64,000 nt of DNA from Dehalococcoidia bacterium. Lineage in GTDB: Bacteria; Chloroflexota; Dehalococcoidia; Lucifugimonadales; UBA3495. The stretch lies in NCBI GenBank assembly GCA_030740155.1, contig JASLXV010000038.1:100956-164955 (forward strand). Direction: 5' to 3'. The translations under genes and the position numbers were made by a program. Shown here piece by piece: positions 48,476 to 58,175 of the stretch (the stretch's first letter is position 1; each line of letters begins with the position of its first letter). Below the pieces are notes generated by a model, which did no database searches, had not been told where the DNA came from, and saw only the letters and a program-made list of their open reading frames with translations.

Positions 48476-48815
48476 ACGAAGTCCTTCATCAGTGGGTCAT
48501 GCTCCGGTTTGCCCACGAGCGCGACCCCTCACCCCGGCGGCTCTCCTATCGGAGGAAAAGGCCGGTGCCAAGGCTCGGTTAACAATCTCATCGGCGAGTT
48601 GCCGGCGGCAACTCGCGGGGATAGCAGGGGTTTGCGGTCCGCTGCTACGAATACGCTATGAGAGGTCTACACGGCATATACTACTACAATCGGAGGCATT
48701 CATGGAGGCGAGCCGGCTCACTGGGGGGAGCGTCTGGGGGACCCTTGCTTCCAAGAAAGGGTCCCCCAGAAACCCCTCCTAAAGAACCGTAGCGCACGCG
48801 GGCATCCAACGGCGG

Positions 48816-48844
48816 TTGACACGCTTTCTTGGCCTGGATAACAT
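48816..48844 (+). promoter_or_regulatory. Candidate promoter TTGACA-17-TAACAT for coxS/coxM-like genes, downstream of a hairpin at about 48723-48779
   Basis: Hexamer positions 48816-48821 and 48839-48844. Confidence 0.5.
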
Positions 48845-48888
48845 GCCCCTTGCCGGGGTTGCCTTCTATCTGGCTGGGGGGAGAAGCG

Positions 48889-49368
48889 ATGTTCCATTCC
48901 ATCACCGTTGATGTAAACGGTGTCAGCTACACTCATGCCGTGGAGCCGCGGCTTCTCCTGGTCCACTTCCTTCGGGATGTGCTGGGGCTCACCGGCACCC
49001 ACGTGGGCTGCGAAACCAGCCAGTGCGGGGCCTGCACTGTCCTGGTTGATGGGCTTGCGGTCAAGTCCTGCACCGTCCTCGCGGTCCAGGCCGACGGCTC
49101 CAGCGTCACCACCATCGAGGGATTGGCCGGAGATGGGGAGTTGCAACCATTGCAGCAGGGGTTCTGGGAGGAACACGGCCTTCAGTGCGGTTTCTGCACG
49201 CCGGGCATGATAATGACCCTCTACCAGGCCCTGGAGCGAGATCCGGCCATCTCGGACGACGAGATCCGGCGCAGCATCGCCGGCAACATCTGCCGGTGCA
49301 CCGGTTACTACAACATCGTGAAGGCGGCCCGAAACGCCGCCGCCAAGATGCAAGAGAGCCGGACCTAG
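48889..49368 (+). CDS. coxS: Molybdenum hydroxylase small [2Fe-2S] subunit (CoxS-like)
   Basis: [23 protein letters not shown] and NICRCTGY. Confidence 0.93.
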   Translation: MFHSITVDVNGVSYTHAVEPRLLLVHFLRDVLGLTGTHVGCETSQCGACTVLVDGLAVKSCTVLAVQADGSSVTTIEGLAGDGELQPLQQGFWEEHGLQCGFCTPGMIMTLYQALERDPAISDDEIRRSIAGNICRCTGYYNIVKAARNAAAKMQESRT

Positions 49369-49385
49369 ATGAGTAAGAGCCAGAT

Positions 49386-50255
49386 ATGATACCCGCCGCC
49401 TTCGAATACCACGCTCCTTCAACCCTGGGAGAAGCACTGGCCATCCTCCGGAGGCACCCCGGTGATGCCAGGGTGCTGGCGGGCGGCCACAGTCTGCTGC
49501 CGATGATGAAGCTGAGGCTCGCCCAGCCTTCCCACGTGGTGGACCTGGGCCGGATCGGAGATCTGGATTACATAACGGAGCGGGACGAGGGTCTCGCGAT
49601 CGGTCCCGTGACCACCTGCTACACGCTAGAGGCATCAGAGCTGGTAAGAGAATTGGCGCCGCTGCTGGCGGAAACGGCGGCTCAAGTGGCGGATTTGCAG
49701 GTCAGGAACAAGGGGAGCATCGGCGGCTCCATCGCCCACGCCGACCCCGCCGCCGACCTTCCAGCGGCCATGCTGGCCCTGGAGGCCCGAATCAGGACCT
49801 CCGGGGGCGGAAGAGCCCGCAGCCTGCCCGCCAGCCGTTTTTTCGTTGACCTCTTTACCACCGCGCTACGAGAAACAGAGATCATTACCGAGGTCTTCGT
49901 CCCCCAGCTTCCTGCGCAAACCGGGGTTTCCTACCAGAAGTTTGCCAACAAAGCGTCCCGGTTCGCCGTGGTTGGGGTTGCGGCTCTAGTAACCCTTGAT
50001 GAACGGGGGCTTTGCCGGAGGGTCCGGATCGGCGTAACCGGCGCCGGTCCCAAGGCAGTACGGGGCCGGGCGTTGGAACGCTACTTGACGGGCAAAGCGC
50101 CTACGGCGCGGAACCTGAGTCAGGCGGCGCGGCGGGCGGCTGCCGGCATCGAGTTTCTGGGTGACCAGCACGGCTCGGAGGAGTATCGGGAGCATCTCAC
50201 CCACGTGCTGGCCGGCCGGGCGCTGGAGGAGGCGGCCGGCCGGGCTGCCGCCTAA
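49386..50255 (+). CDS. coxM: Molybdenum hydroxylase FAD subunit (CoxM-like)
   Basis: MIPAAFEYHAP, AGGHSLLPMMKLR, VRNKGSIGGS.AHADP and EYREHL. Confidence 0.93.
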   Translation: MIPAAFEYHAPSTLGEALAILRRHPGDARVLAGGHSLLPMMKLRLAQPSHVVDLGRIGDLDYITERDEGLAIGPVTTCYTLEASELVRELAPLLAETAAQVADLQVRNKGSIGGSIAHADPAADLPAAMLALEARIRTSGGGRARSLPASRFFVDLFTTALRETEIITEVFVPQLPAQTGVSYQKFANKASRFAVVGVAALVTLDERGLCRRVRIGVTGAGPKAVRGRALERYLTGKAPTARNLSQAARRAAAGIEFLGDQHGSEEYREHLTHVLAGRALEEAAGRAAA

Positions 50256-50312
50256 GCCTATCGTTTCGTAAACGGCTTGATATCCGGTCCGTCATCCCGG
50301 CGAAGGCCGGGA
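50256..50312. mobile_element. Truncated family B element
   Basis: TCGTAAACGGCTTGATATCC..CCGTCATCCCGGCGAAGGCCGGGA matches the first third of 21561-21729. Confidence 0.6.
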
Positions 50313-50329
50313 GCGTCCCCGCTGCCCGT

Positions 50330-51130
50330 TTACGCCCCAGCCTTCTGGGGTGTCGCCTCCCGGATGCGCTTGGCCGATTCCTGAAGGGATTTCAAGACGA
50401 TGATGGGCGGCGCCGGCGCCACGGACGTGTAGCTGACCCCCATCTGTATCAGATCTTGGGGCGTCAGGTAGAGGGCTGAATGGTACACCGGGATGTACAA
50501 CTTCGCCTTGCCGACCTTCTTGACCCTGGCGGCCATGTCCTCGACGGCCTGCCGCAGCCTGGGGTCACCGGGATCGGTAAATCCCAGCGCCGACGAAATG
50601 TCCGTGGGGCCCAGGGCGATAAGGTCGACGCCCTCAACGCCGGCGATGGCTTCGATCTCGTCGAAACCCTGCTGATCCTCGGTCATCACGACCAACAGTA
50701 TCTCATCGTTGGAGGTCCGCATGTGGTCCTTCCACGGCACCGAGCCATAGCCGGCGGCTCTGGTGCTGCCCGCTCCTCCCCGGTCTCCCACCGGAGGGTA
50801 GCGGACCGCCTGAACGGCCCGCTTGGCGCCTTCGACCCCCGCGACGTGGGGAATCTGGATGCCCTGAGCGCCCATCTCCAGGATCCGCAGGATAAGCTTG
50901 GCGTCGTTGTCGGGCACCCGAACGACCGAGGTAATTCCCGCCAGGTCCGCCACCCGTATCATTTCCGCCACCAGCTGCAGATCGAAACTGCTGTGCTCCA
51001 TGTCGATGAACGCGGCATCGAACCCCGCCAGCGCGATGATCTCCACCACCGCGGGATCGGAAAATCCGATGTGGCTGGCTATGGCCAGCCCCCCCTCACG
51101 TATTACCCTCTTGACCCGGTTCTCTCGCAT
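50330..51130 (-). CDS. HpcH/HpaI class II aldolase family protein
   Basis: GFDAAFIDMEH, VRVP, RYPPVG.RG and LGPTDIS. Confidence 0.9.
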   Translation of the reverse strand: MRENRVKRVIREGGLAIASHIGFSDPAVVEIIALAGFDAAFIDMEHSSFDLQLVAEMIRVADLAGITSVVRVPDNDAKLILRILEMGAQGIQIPHVAGVEGAKRAVQAVRYPPVGDRGGAGSTRAAGYGSVPWKDHMRTSNDEILLVVMTEDQQGFDEIEAIAGVEGVDLIALGPTDISSALGFTDPGDPRLRQAVEDMAARVKKVGKAKLYIPVYHSALYLTPQDLIQMGVSYTSVAPAPPIIVLKSLQESAKRIREATPQKAGA

Positions 51131-51167
51131 ACTAACCTTCCCCCTTGATTCTTCAAGTCCTGACGCG

Positions 51168-51342
51168 GGACCGACCCGACAATACTAATAGAGGCCCCTG
51201 TTGGTCCTTCGACAAGCTCAGGACGAACGGATTTCTCCCCGATCGCATGAATATGTCCCCATTTGTCCGAGTAATTCCTCGTTCGTGCGGATATTTCCCG
51301 TTCGTGGTGAGCTTGTCGAACCACGGCAACTGGTTGTCGGAC
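51168..51342. mobile_element. MITE-like repeat family A
   Basis: CCTTCGACAAGCTCAGGACGAACGG ... CCCGTTCGTGGTGAGCTTGTCGAACCA. Confidence 0.75.
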
Positions 51343-51507
51343 AATCCTTTAATGGTTCCGCGCAACAAATCTGACGAGGGCCATCACCCTCAAGCCGGCG
51401 CTCGACCATGGACTCGCCGAACCCGACGAAGATTGACATTCGCCGATTCGGCTTTCGCACCGCGCCGGCCGGGCCGCTGTAGCGACGGACGGCGCGCCGG
51501 CGTGCCG

Positions 51508-52776
51508 CTAACCGGAGTCGGGCCGTTTGCCCAGGGTCACGTCAAGCTGCTCCCGCTGGTCCCCGTCACGGATGATGTCCAGGACCACTTTGTCACCGGG
51601 CCGGGTGTTGCCGGTCAAGAAGGCGATCAGGTCACTCATCAGCGGGAGGGCGGTGCCTTCTATTGCCACGATAATGTCCCCGCCCACCGGATACGGCACG
51701 CCTTCGATGGAGACCGTGGAGTCGCTACCGTTCAGGCCGGCCCGTTCTGCCGGGCTGTCGTCGGCGACCTGAATCACCAGAACGCCCCCGGTCTCTCGGG
51801 GCAGGTCCATCCGCTCGGCCACCTCGGGACGAAGAGTGATTCCGGTGATGCCCAGCCAGGAATATTCGTAGCTACCATCCTCGATGAGCGCTGGGATAAC
51901 CTGTTTAGCCGCGTTGATGGGAACGGAAAGCCCGATGCCGGCACTGACGCCGCTGCGGCTGATGATCTGGGTGGTTACCGCGATCACCCGGCCCTTGCGG
52001 TCGAGCAACGGTCCCCCCGAGTTACCCGGGTTAATGGGGGCATCGGTCTGGACCACCTCGGGGGTTGTAAAAGAGCTGCTGCCGCTGCGGATGGTGCGTC
52101 CCAGGGCGCTGATGATGCCGGAGGTCATGGTGAACTCTTGGCCGAAGGGATTGCCGATGGCCACCGCCATCTGGCCGACCCGGAGGGCATCGCTGTCGCC
52201 CAGGGTCACCGGGCGGGCGTCGTCTTTCGATTCATCCAATTCCAGTACCGCCAGGTCGGAGTCGGGGTCGGTGCCCAAGACCCGGGCCTCAATCTCCGTG
52301 CGGTCGGCGAAGATCACCGTTACCCGGTCGGCATCCTGGATAACGTGATTGTTGGTCACGATGTGGCCTTCTTCATCCCATACAAACCCGGACCCTTCGC
52401 CACGTTCGAAGAAATCTTCCGGGAGATCGGGGAAGCGAAAGCCCGGGACATCCGGGAGCCCGCGGGAGTCCGGACTTCCGTCGACGCGCTGCCTCACCGT
52501 AATACGGACTATCGAGGGGAGCACGTTTTCATAGATGCGGACCATCACCTCTTCTTGGGCCGCCACGATTGCGTCCGCGTCCAACGACTCGATGGACAGT
52601 GGGCCGAGGGTGTCCGGCGAACTAGTGGAAGAAATATCGGCTAAGACGGCATCTGCCACCGGCGTTGCCGTCCCGGACCCGCCGCAGGAGGCCAGGATCA
52701 GGCTGAGGACGACGACCGCCACGACAACCGGCCAGTGTCTTATCGGGGCCGAGCCGGTGAATTTTCGTTTTCCCAT
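51508..52776 (-). CDS. HtrA/DegP-like serine protease with PDZ domain, predicted lipoprotein
   Basis: Lipobox LAS-C; TNNHV, DSDLAV, INPGNSGGPL and C-terminal PDZ. Confidence 0.92.
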   Translation of the reverse strand: MGKRKFTGSAPIRHWPVVVAVVVLSLILASCGGSGTATPVADAVLADISSTSSPDTLGPLSIESLDADAIVAAQEEVMVRIYENVLPSIVRITVRQRVDGSPDSRGLPDVPGFRFPDLPEDFFERGEGSGFVWDEEGHIVTNNHVIQDADRVTVIFADRTEIEARVLGTDPDSDLAVLELDESKDDARPVTLGDSDALRVGQMAVAIGNPFGQEFTMTSGIISALGRTIRSGSSSFTTPEVVQTDAPINPGNSGGPLLDRKGRVIAVTTQIISRSGVSAGIGLSVPINAAKQVIPALIEDGSYEYSWLGITGITLRPEVAERMDLPRETGGVLVIQVADDSPAERAGLNGSDSTVSIEGVPYPVGGDIIVAIEGTALPLMSDLIAFLTGNTRPGDKVVLDIIRDGDQREQLDVTLGKRPDSG

Positions 52777-52916
52777 TACTGCTCCCCATGGGAATCCTTG
52801 CAACAACAACCTACGCTAACTCACATTCAAACGGATTTCGCGGGCGGCCAATCGCGGCCGATGACCGCCGGACGGGCTCTGGCGAGGTCCCGCTTACCAC
52901 AAAGATAGCAGAAGGC

Positions 52917-53642
52917 CTAGAGCCGGCGCTTCTTGCCGGTCTTCTCCTCGAACAGCTTCCAGGTGCGGTCGTTGAATGGGTAGTACTTCCCCGGTGAGCA
53001 CCGCTCTATCTCCAACTGGGCCTTGACCACCTCCTCGACCTCTTCCCGCTCCCGGGCGATTTCAATGACCTGGTCCACCATCGAGCGAGGCACCACCACC
53101 GCACCGTCGTCGTCGCCCACCACGGCGTCGCCGGGGCGCACCAGCACACCTCCGCACTGGATGGCGTCGTTCACCTGCCAGGGCCAGAACTCGGCGGGTC
53201 CCTGCTTGGCGGTGGTGGCCGCCGAGTAGACGGGGAAACCGTACTCCTTGAGAGCCACGCTGTCCCGCACCGCGCCGTCGGACACCAGGCCCCCGACCTC
53301 CCGCTGCATCAGCCGCATGAACTTGATGTCGCCGCCAATGGAGCTGTATTGCCAGCCCATGGCATCGATCACCACCACCTCGTCCGGCCCGCACAGCTCG
53401 AAGGCGACGTATTCCGCGGACAGTTCCCCCTTGGGTTTGTCTTCGGCCAGGTCCGGACGGTGGGGGACGAACCGGAGGGTCACGGCCCGCCCGGCCATTT
53501 GTTGGCCCAGTTGCAAAGGCTTTGCTCCGTGGATGAAGCTCATCGGCCAGCCCTTGACCCACAGCGCGTCGATCAGGGTCTGGGTTGGAATCCGGCCAAG
53601 GGATTTCAGCGTTTCGGGTGTGATGGGGGGCAAGCTGGTCAT
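52917..53642 (-). CDS. RraA-family / HMG-CHA aldolase-like protein
   Basis: GRAVTLRFVP.RPD, GGD, DGAVRD and PGD.VVGDDDGAVVVP. Confidence 0.88.
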   Translation of the reverse strand: MTSLPPITPETLKSLGRIPTQTLIDALWVKGWPMSFIHGAKPLQLGQQMAGRAVTLRFVPHRPDLAEDKPKGELSAEYVAFELCGPDEVVVIDAMGWQYSSIGGDIKFMRLMQREVGGLVSDGAVRDSVALKEYGFPVYSAATTAKQGPAEFWPWQVNDAIQCGGVLVRPGDAVVGDDDGAVVVPRSMVDQVIEIAREREEVEEVVKAQLEIERCSPGKYYPFNDRTWKLFEEKTGKKRRL

Positions 53643-53784
53643 CGGGGCTCCTCGTGCCTGGAATGCTGCTGCCGGGATAATTATATTGGGTTGCCCCCGC
53701 TTGTACAATGGGGCGTCCCCGGCAACCAGGGGCGCCCTTCATTGCCTGACTGCAGCATCGATTCTGGGCTGCGGGCACCGTACT

Positions 53785-53984
53785 GAACCACCGGCCGCAG
53801 TGGTTCGACAGGCTCACCACGAACGGGGAGAAGCCGCACTAGAACGGGATAGGCCCACTGGAACGGGAAAAGCTGCGCTGAAACGAAAAAAGCCGCCCTA
53901 AAGCCGCCCTAATGGAGAAAAGCCGTTCGTCCTGAGCTTGTCGAAGGACCTAAGTGGCCTTCATTGGAGTTGCCGGATCCGCTC
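53785..53984. mobile_element. MITE-like repeat family A with ~20-bp internal degenerate tandem units
   Basis: TGGTTCGACAGGCTCACCACGAACGG ... CCGTTCGTCCTGAGCTTGTCGAAGGA. Confidence 0.75.
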
Positions 53985-54116
53985 AGAATCCCCGGTTCCC
54001 TGGTCCATCTTCCCGGAAGCGACGCGTATGACCCCGTCTCCCGCTGCCGGGCGCCCGTGGACCAGGGCCCCTCATTTCCGGTTCTGGTGACCGTTAACCG
54101 GTGGCCGCCGGGCCGC

Positions 54117-55370
54117 CTAAAGGAGCTGGTCGCCGATGATGCTCTGCTCTTCCAGGCGCCGAATCTCATCGTCGCTCATCCCGAGCAGGTGGCCGTACAC
54201 GAACGCGTTGTGCTCACCCAGGCCGTTGGCTGGCCGGTACGCAGGCTGGGGCGATTTGCCGAGCTTCCAGAGATAGCCGGGGTAACTGTACTCGCCGATG
54301 GTTGGATGCCCCGCCCGTTGGAAGAAACCCCTGGCCCCCAGGTGGGGGTCGGCGTACAGGTCCTCGTCGTTCAGCACCGCCTGAGCGGGCACTCCTACCC
54401 TCTGCAACAGCTCCATGATCTCTTTCTTGTTCAGCCCCTGGGTCCACTCCTGGATCAAGGCATCCAGCCGGTCCTGATTCTCGTGCCGGTCCAGCGAGCC
54501 GGCGAAATCCGCCTCCCCGGCCCACTCCGGGTCGCCCATCGCCCCGCGGAGGGCCCCCCATTCCTGGTCGGACGACACGGTGATAACCACCCAGTTATCT
54601 TCTCCCCGGCAGCGGTAGCAACCGTGGGGCGCCATATAATGGTCCCGGTTGCCAATGGGCCCCGGTTGCCGGCCGTTCATCACGTAGTCCATCAGCGGCC
54701 GGCCCAGGTGGGGCAAGAAGCCCTCCACCTGGGAGATGTCGATCCACTGTCCTTCACCGGTCCGGTTCCGGTGGTGGATGGCAACCAGGACCGCGAAAGA
54801 CAGGGTGATTGCTCCGATGGCGTCGCAATGGTTCACCACCGGTGTCATGCTGGGGTCGTTGTCGGGGTAGCCCCTGAGGGCGTAGTGGCCGCTGAACCCG
54901 TCCAGGCCGCTTCCCAGGCTCACGTAGCCCTGGTACGGTCCTTGCACCCCCCAGCCGGGCATGGATGCCATGATGAGGTCCGGCTTGATTTCCTTCATCG
55001 CCTCGTAGTGGATTCCTAGCTTTTCCGCTGTTCCCGCCGAGAAGGCCTCGACGAGGACATCGGCCAGCTCCGCCAGGCGTTTGAACGTCTTCAGTCCCGC
55101 CGGATGGGTCAGGTTGAGGGTGACGCCGTACTTGTTGCGGTTCGCCATGTTGTGGGTGGCCGAGCGCTCCCAAGGACGAGGAGCCCACGGGTCGTTGTTG
55201 GTGTAGCCCTTGGCCATGGCGGAGCCGGGCCGCCTGGTGTGGGCGGTGCGGGGGAACGACTCGACCTTGATTACCGTGGCGCCCAGGTCCCCCAGAAGTG
55301 AAGCGCCCATGGGGCCGGCCCACACCTCGGCAACGTCAATGACCGTTATTCCTTCCAACGGCAGCTTCAT
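54117..55370 (-). CDS. Family-III CoA-transferase subunit (Asp-containing)
   Basis: WAGP..A.LLGDLGA.VIKVE, NRNK.GVTLNL and NHCDAIGA. Confidence 0.9.
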   Translation of the reverse strand: MKLPLEGITVIDVAEVWAGPMGASLLGDLGATVIKVESFPRTAHTRRPGSAMAKGYTNNDPWAPRPWERSATHNMANRNKYGVTLNLTHPAGLKTFKRLAELADVLVEAFSAGTAEKLGIHYEAMKEIKPDLIMASMPGWGVQGPYQGYVSLGSGLDGFSGHYALRGYPDNDPSMTPVVNHCDAIGAITLSFAVLVAIHHRNRTGEGQWIDISQVEGFLPHLGRPLMDYVMNGRQPGPIGNRDHYMAPHGCYRCRGEDNWVVITVSSDQEWGALRGAMGDPEWAGEADFAGSLDRHENQDRLDALIQEWTQGLNKKEIMELLQRVGVPAQAVLNDEDLYADPHLGARGFFQRAGHPTIGEYSYPGYLWKLGKSPQPAYRPANGLGEHNAFVYGHLLGMSDDEIRRLEEQSIIGDQLL

Positions 55371-55395
55371 TTTGGATCACGTCCTGGATCACGCC

Positions 55396-55566
55396 CTAGT
55401 GTACTATCTCGTAGATAGCTGTACATCGGCGAAATCTTGCGACCTTCCCCCTCCCCCCACGCTCGTCTTTCCGGCGAGGGCCGGAATCCAGAAAAGTGTT
55501 GGCTGGGTCCCGGCCCTCGCCGGGAATACGGACGAACATCAAGCCATTTACGAGATACTGGACTGG
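55396..55566. mobile_element. MITE-like repeat family B
   Basis: CTAGTGTACTATCTCGTAGATAGCT ... AGCCATTTACGAGATACTGGACTGG. Confidence 0.78.
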
Positions 55567-55605
55567 ATAACGTCCGATAACCTGCCGCCCTTTCGAGCGA
55601 AGGCC

Positions 55606-56805
55606 CTAAATCACTCCGGCGGACCGGAGCTGGACCAAGTCTTGCGGAGAGTAACCCAATGTGTCGCGGTAGACCTCAACATTGTGCTCTCCCAACATTG
55701 GTGCGGCGCTCCGCATCTCCGGAGGTGTCTTCGTCATCTTGAAAGCGGGCCCGGTTTGGGTTAGCCTGCCGGCCTGGGGATGTTCCACCTCCACGAAGTA
55801 CTGCCGCTCCGTTAGCTGCGGGTCGCTCAGCAGCTCATCAGGGCCCAGAAGCGGCGCGCAAAGCACCCCGGCATCCTGGCAGATCCGAAAGAGTTCTCGC
55901 TTGGTGAGGGTCATGGTCCAGCCCAGAAGGACCTCCTCGAACTCCCCCTGGTGCTCGGACCGCGCGTCCGGGGTGGCGAACCTCGGGTCTTCCAAGATGT
56001 CGGGGCGGCCCATGGCCCTGCAGAGGCGGCCAAAAAACATGCTGGTGCCAATCCCGAACGCAACGTAGCCGTCTTCGCAGGGGTAGGCCCCCTGGGGATA
56101 TCCGCCGGGCCAGTTGCCCCTCTCCGACTTGATCCCGGAGTAGGCGTAAAAGAGGGGCCGGTTGTCCACGTTGCCCACCAGGGTTTCCATGGCGGACACA
56201 TCCACCTGCTGGCCGACGCCCGAGGCCCGGCTGGCCAGGAAGGCCCCCATGGTCGAGATGGCGGCGGTGGCCCCGGCCTGATACCATGCCGAGTCCGGCG
56301 CATACCGCAGGGGCTCCCGATCCGCCTGGCCGTGAATGTGCATCCTCCCGCTCATGGCGAAGACGCCTATCTCCGTCGCCAGGTGGTCCCGGTACGGGCC
56401 GGTGAGCCCAAAAGGAGTGATGGAGGTCATCACCAGCCGAGGATTCACCGCCTCCAGGTCCTGGTAGCCAAGGCCCAGCGACGGCAAAAAGGAGGGGTGG
56501 AAATTCTCCACCAGGATGTCGGCCTCGCGGACCAGTTCCTTGAGTAGACCGGCCCCATCGCGGCACTGGAGGTTGAGGGTGATACCCTTCTTGTTCGCGT
56601 TCAAGTGCAGGAAGAGGCCGCTTTTCTCCCGGTGGGGAACGTCTGCGGGGAAGGGGCCCGCCCGCCGGGCCGGGTCCCCCTCGCCTGGGGGTTCTACCTT
56701 GATGACTTCGGCCCCATAATCGGCCAACAGCTTGGCGCAGTACGGGGCGGAGACCTGGGTGCCCAATTCCAGGACCTTGATGTCGTCTAACGCACCTTGA
56801 TTCAT
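55606..56805 (-). CDS. Family-III CoA-transferase subunit (lacks catalytic Asp)
   Basis: APYCAKLLADYGAEVIKVEPP, LNANKKGITLNL and APMLGEHN. Confidence 0.9.
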   Translation of the reverse strand: MNQGALDDIKVLELGTQVSAPYCAKLLADYGAEVIKVEPPGEGDPARRAGPFPADVPHREKSGLFLHLNANKKGITLNLQCRDGAGLLKELVREADILVENFHPSFLPSLGLGYQDLEAVNPRLVMTSITPFGLTGPYRDHLATEIGVFAMSGRMHIHGQADREPLRYAPDSAWYQAGATAAISTMGAFLASRASGVGQQVDVSAMETLVGNVDNRPLFYAYSGIKSERGNWPGGYPQGAYPCEDGYVAFGIGTSMFFGRLCRAMGRPDILEDPRFATPDARSEHQGEFEEVLLGWTMTLTKRELFRICQDAGVLCAPLLGPDELLSDPQLTERQYFVEVEHPQAGRLTQTGPAFKMTKTPPEMRSAAPMLGEHNVEVYRDTLGYSPQDLVQLRSAGVI

Positions 56806-56888
56806 AGTGCCCCTTCGTCCGGTCCACGGGGTTAGCGCCGTTGCCCGGTAGTCCGCTTAGAGGGTTTGATAGGGCTGAACAAGCTCCC

Positions 56889-58031
56889 TTAGAGCCCCAT
56901 TTGGTCTCCCAGCCGGTCCAGGTGAAAGTCCGTGTCGCCCAGGTTTGCCTCGGCCAGCTTGGACCTTTGGGTGTATAGCTGCATATCGTGGTCCAGAGTG
57001 AAGGCGATCCCGGCGAAGATGGTGTGCCCGGCGGTTACGGCCAGGCGGCTGAGGGCCCCGGCGGCGGCTTTGGCCATGGCGATGTCCTCGGGGCAAGGAA
57101 ACCCCTGCGCCACCTTCGACGCCGCCCGGTGAGTCACCAGTTGGGCGCCGTCCACCGCCAACTTCAGGTCGGCGCATCGGTGTTGCACCGCCTGGAAGGC
57201 ACCGATGGGACGGCCGAACTGGACCCGGTTTTTCGAATACTCCACCACCATCTCCAGGATTTTCTGAGCGCGGCCCACCATCTCGGCGCATTGGACCACC
57301 GTGGCCCACTCCCGGGCTGACGCCAGGGGGGACTCTCCCCGGCCCGCCTGGCCCAGGACGCGATCTCCGGGCACCCTAACGTCTTGGAACAGTACTTCGT
57401 GCTGCTTGTAACCGGCCACCGACTCCATGAGGTTGACCGTCACCCCGGGGCTCCCGGTGTCCACCAGAAGCAGGGTGACTCCGGGTGCTCGGGAGTCCTC
57501 CGTCGCACGGCCGTCTCCGTTGGAGCTTGCGGCGCAGAGCACGTAGTTGGCCACGTGGGCGTAGGGAACGAAGAGCAGAGCGCCATTGAGCAGGTAGCCG
57601 CCATCGGCGGCGGCGAGGCCCAGGCCGCCCTCGCCGGGGCCGGTCTCCGGCTCGGGCAAGGGGGCCGTAACGATTGTCTCGCCACGGGCCGTTCCTGTAA
57701 GCAGGCCTGCCTTCTGGTTTTCGCTGCCGGCACGCACCAGGGCCTGGCCGGATAGCACGGCGGAGGGCAGCAGGGGACCGGGCAGCAAGGCCCGCCCCAT
57801 CTCCTCGAAGAGAACCACCTGGTCGATCAGGCTTGCGCCCTCGCCGCCGTACTCCGGAGGGAAAGCCTGCCCCAGCCACCCCAGGTGCGCCATCTTCTTC
57901 CACAGCTCCGGTGAATACCCCTGCTCGCTGTACTCCAGCTCCCTGACCAGGGAGGTGGGACACTCAGCTTCCAGGAACTCCCGGGCCGTCCGCTTTAGAA
58001 TTTCCTGCTGCTCGCTCAGCCCCAAGTCCAT
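56889..58031 (-). CDS. Acyl-CoA dehydrogenase (short partner subunit type)
   Basis: LGWLG..FP.EYGG, EEMGRAL.PGP, RVQFGRPIGAFQAVQH and GIAFT. Confidence 0.92.
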   Translation of the reverse strand: MDLGLSEQQEILKRTAREFLEAECPTSLVRELEYSEQGYSPELWKKMAHLGWLGQAFPPEYGGEGASLIDQVVLFEEMGRALLPGPLLPSAVLSGQALVRAGSENQKAGLLTGTARGETIVTAPLPEPETGPGEGGLGLAAADGGYLLNGALLFVPYAHVANYVLCAASSNGDGRATEDSRAPGVTLLLVDTGSPGVTVNLMESVAGYKQHEVLFQDVRVPGDRVLGQAGRGESPLASAREWATVVQCAEMVGRAQKILEMVVEYSKNRVQFGRPIGAFQAVQHRCADLKLAVDGAQLVTHRAASKVAQGFPCPEDIAMAKAAAGALSRLAVTAGHTIFAGIAFTLDHDMQLYTQRSKLAEANLGDTDFHLDRLGDQMGL

Positions 58032-58175
58032 GTTTTTGCTCCGAAAATAGGGCCCTCACCCCCAACCCCTCCCCCAGCGGGAGAAGGATGGACGAGAGCC
58101 GTGATGCTGGTTTTCGTGGCCCGCATCGGCGGATGCCGGTGGAGGCGGCCAGACCCTTCGAAACCGAAGGCTGGG

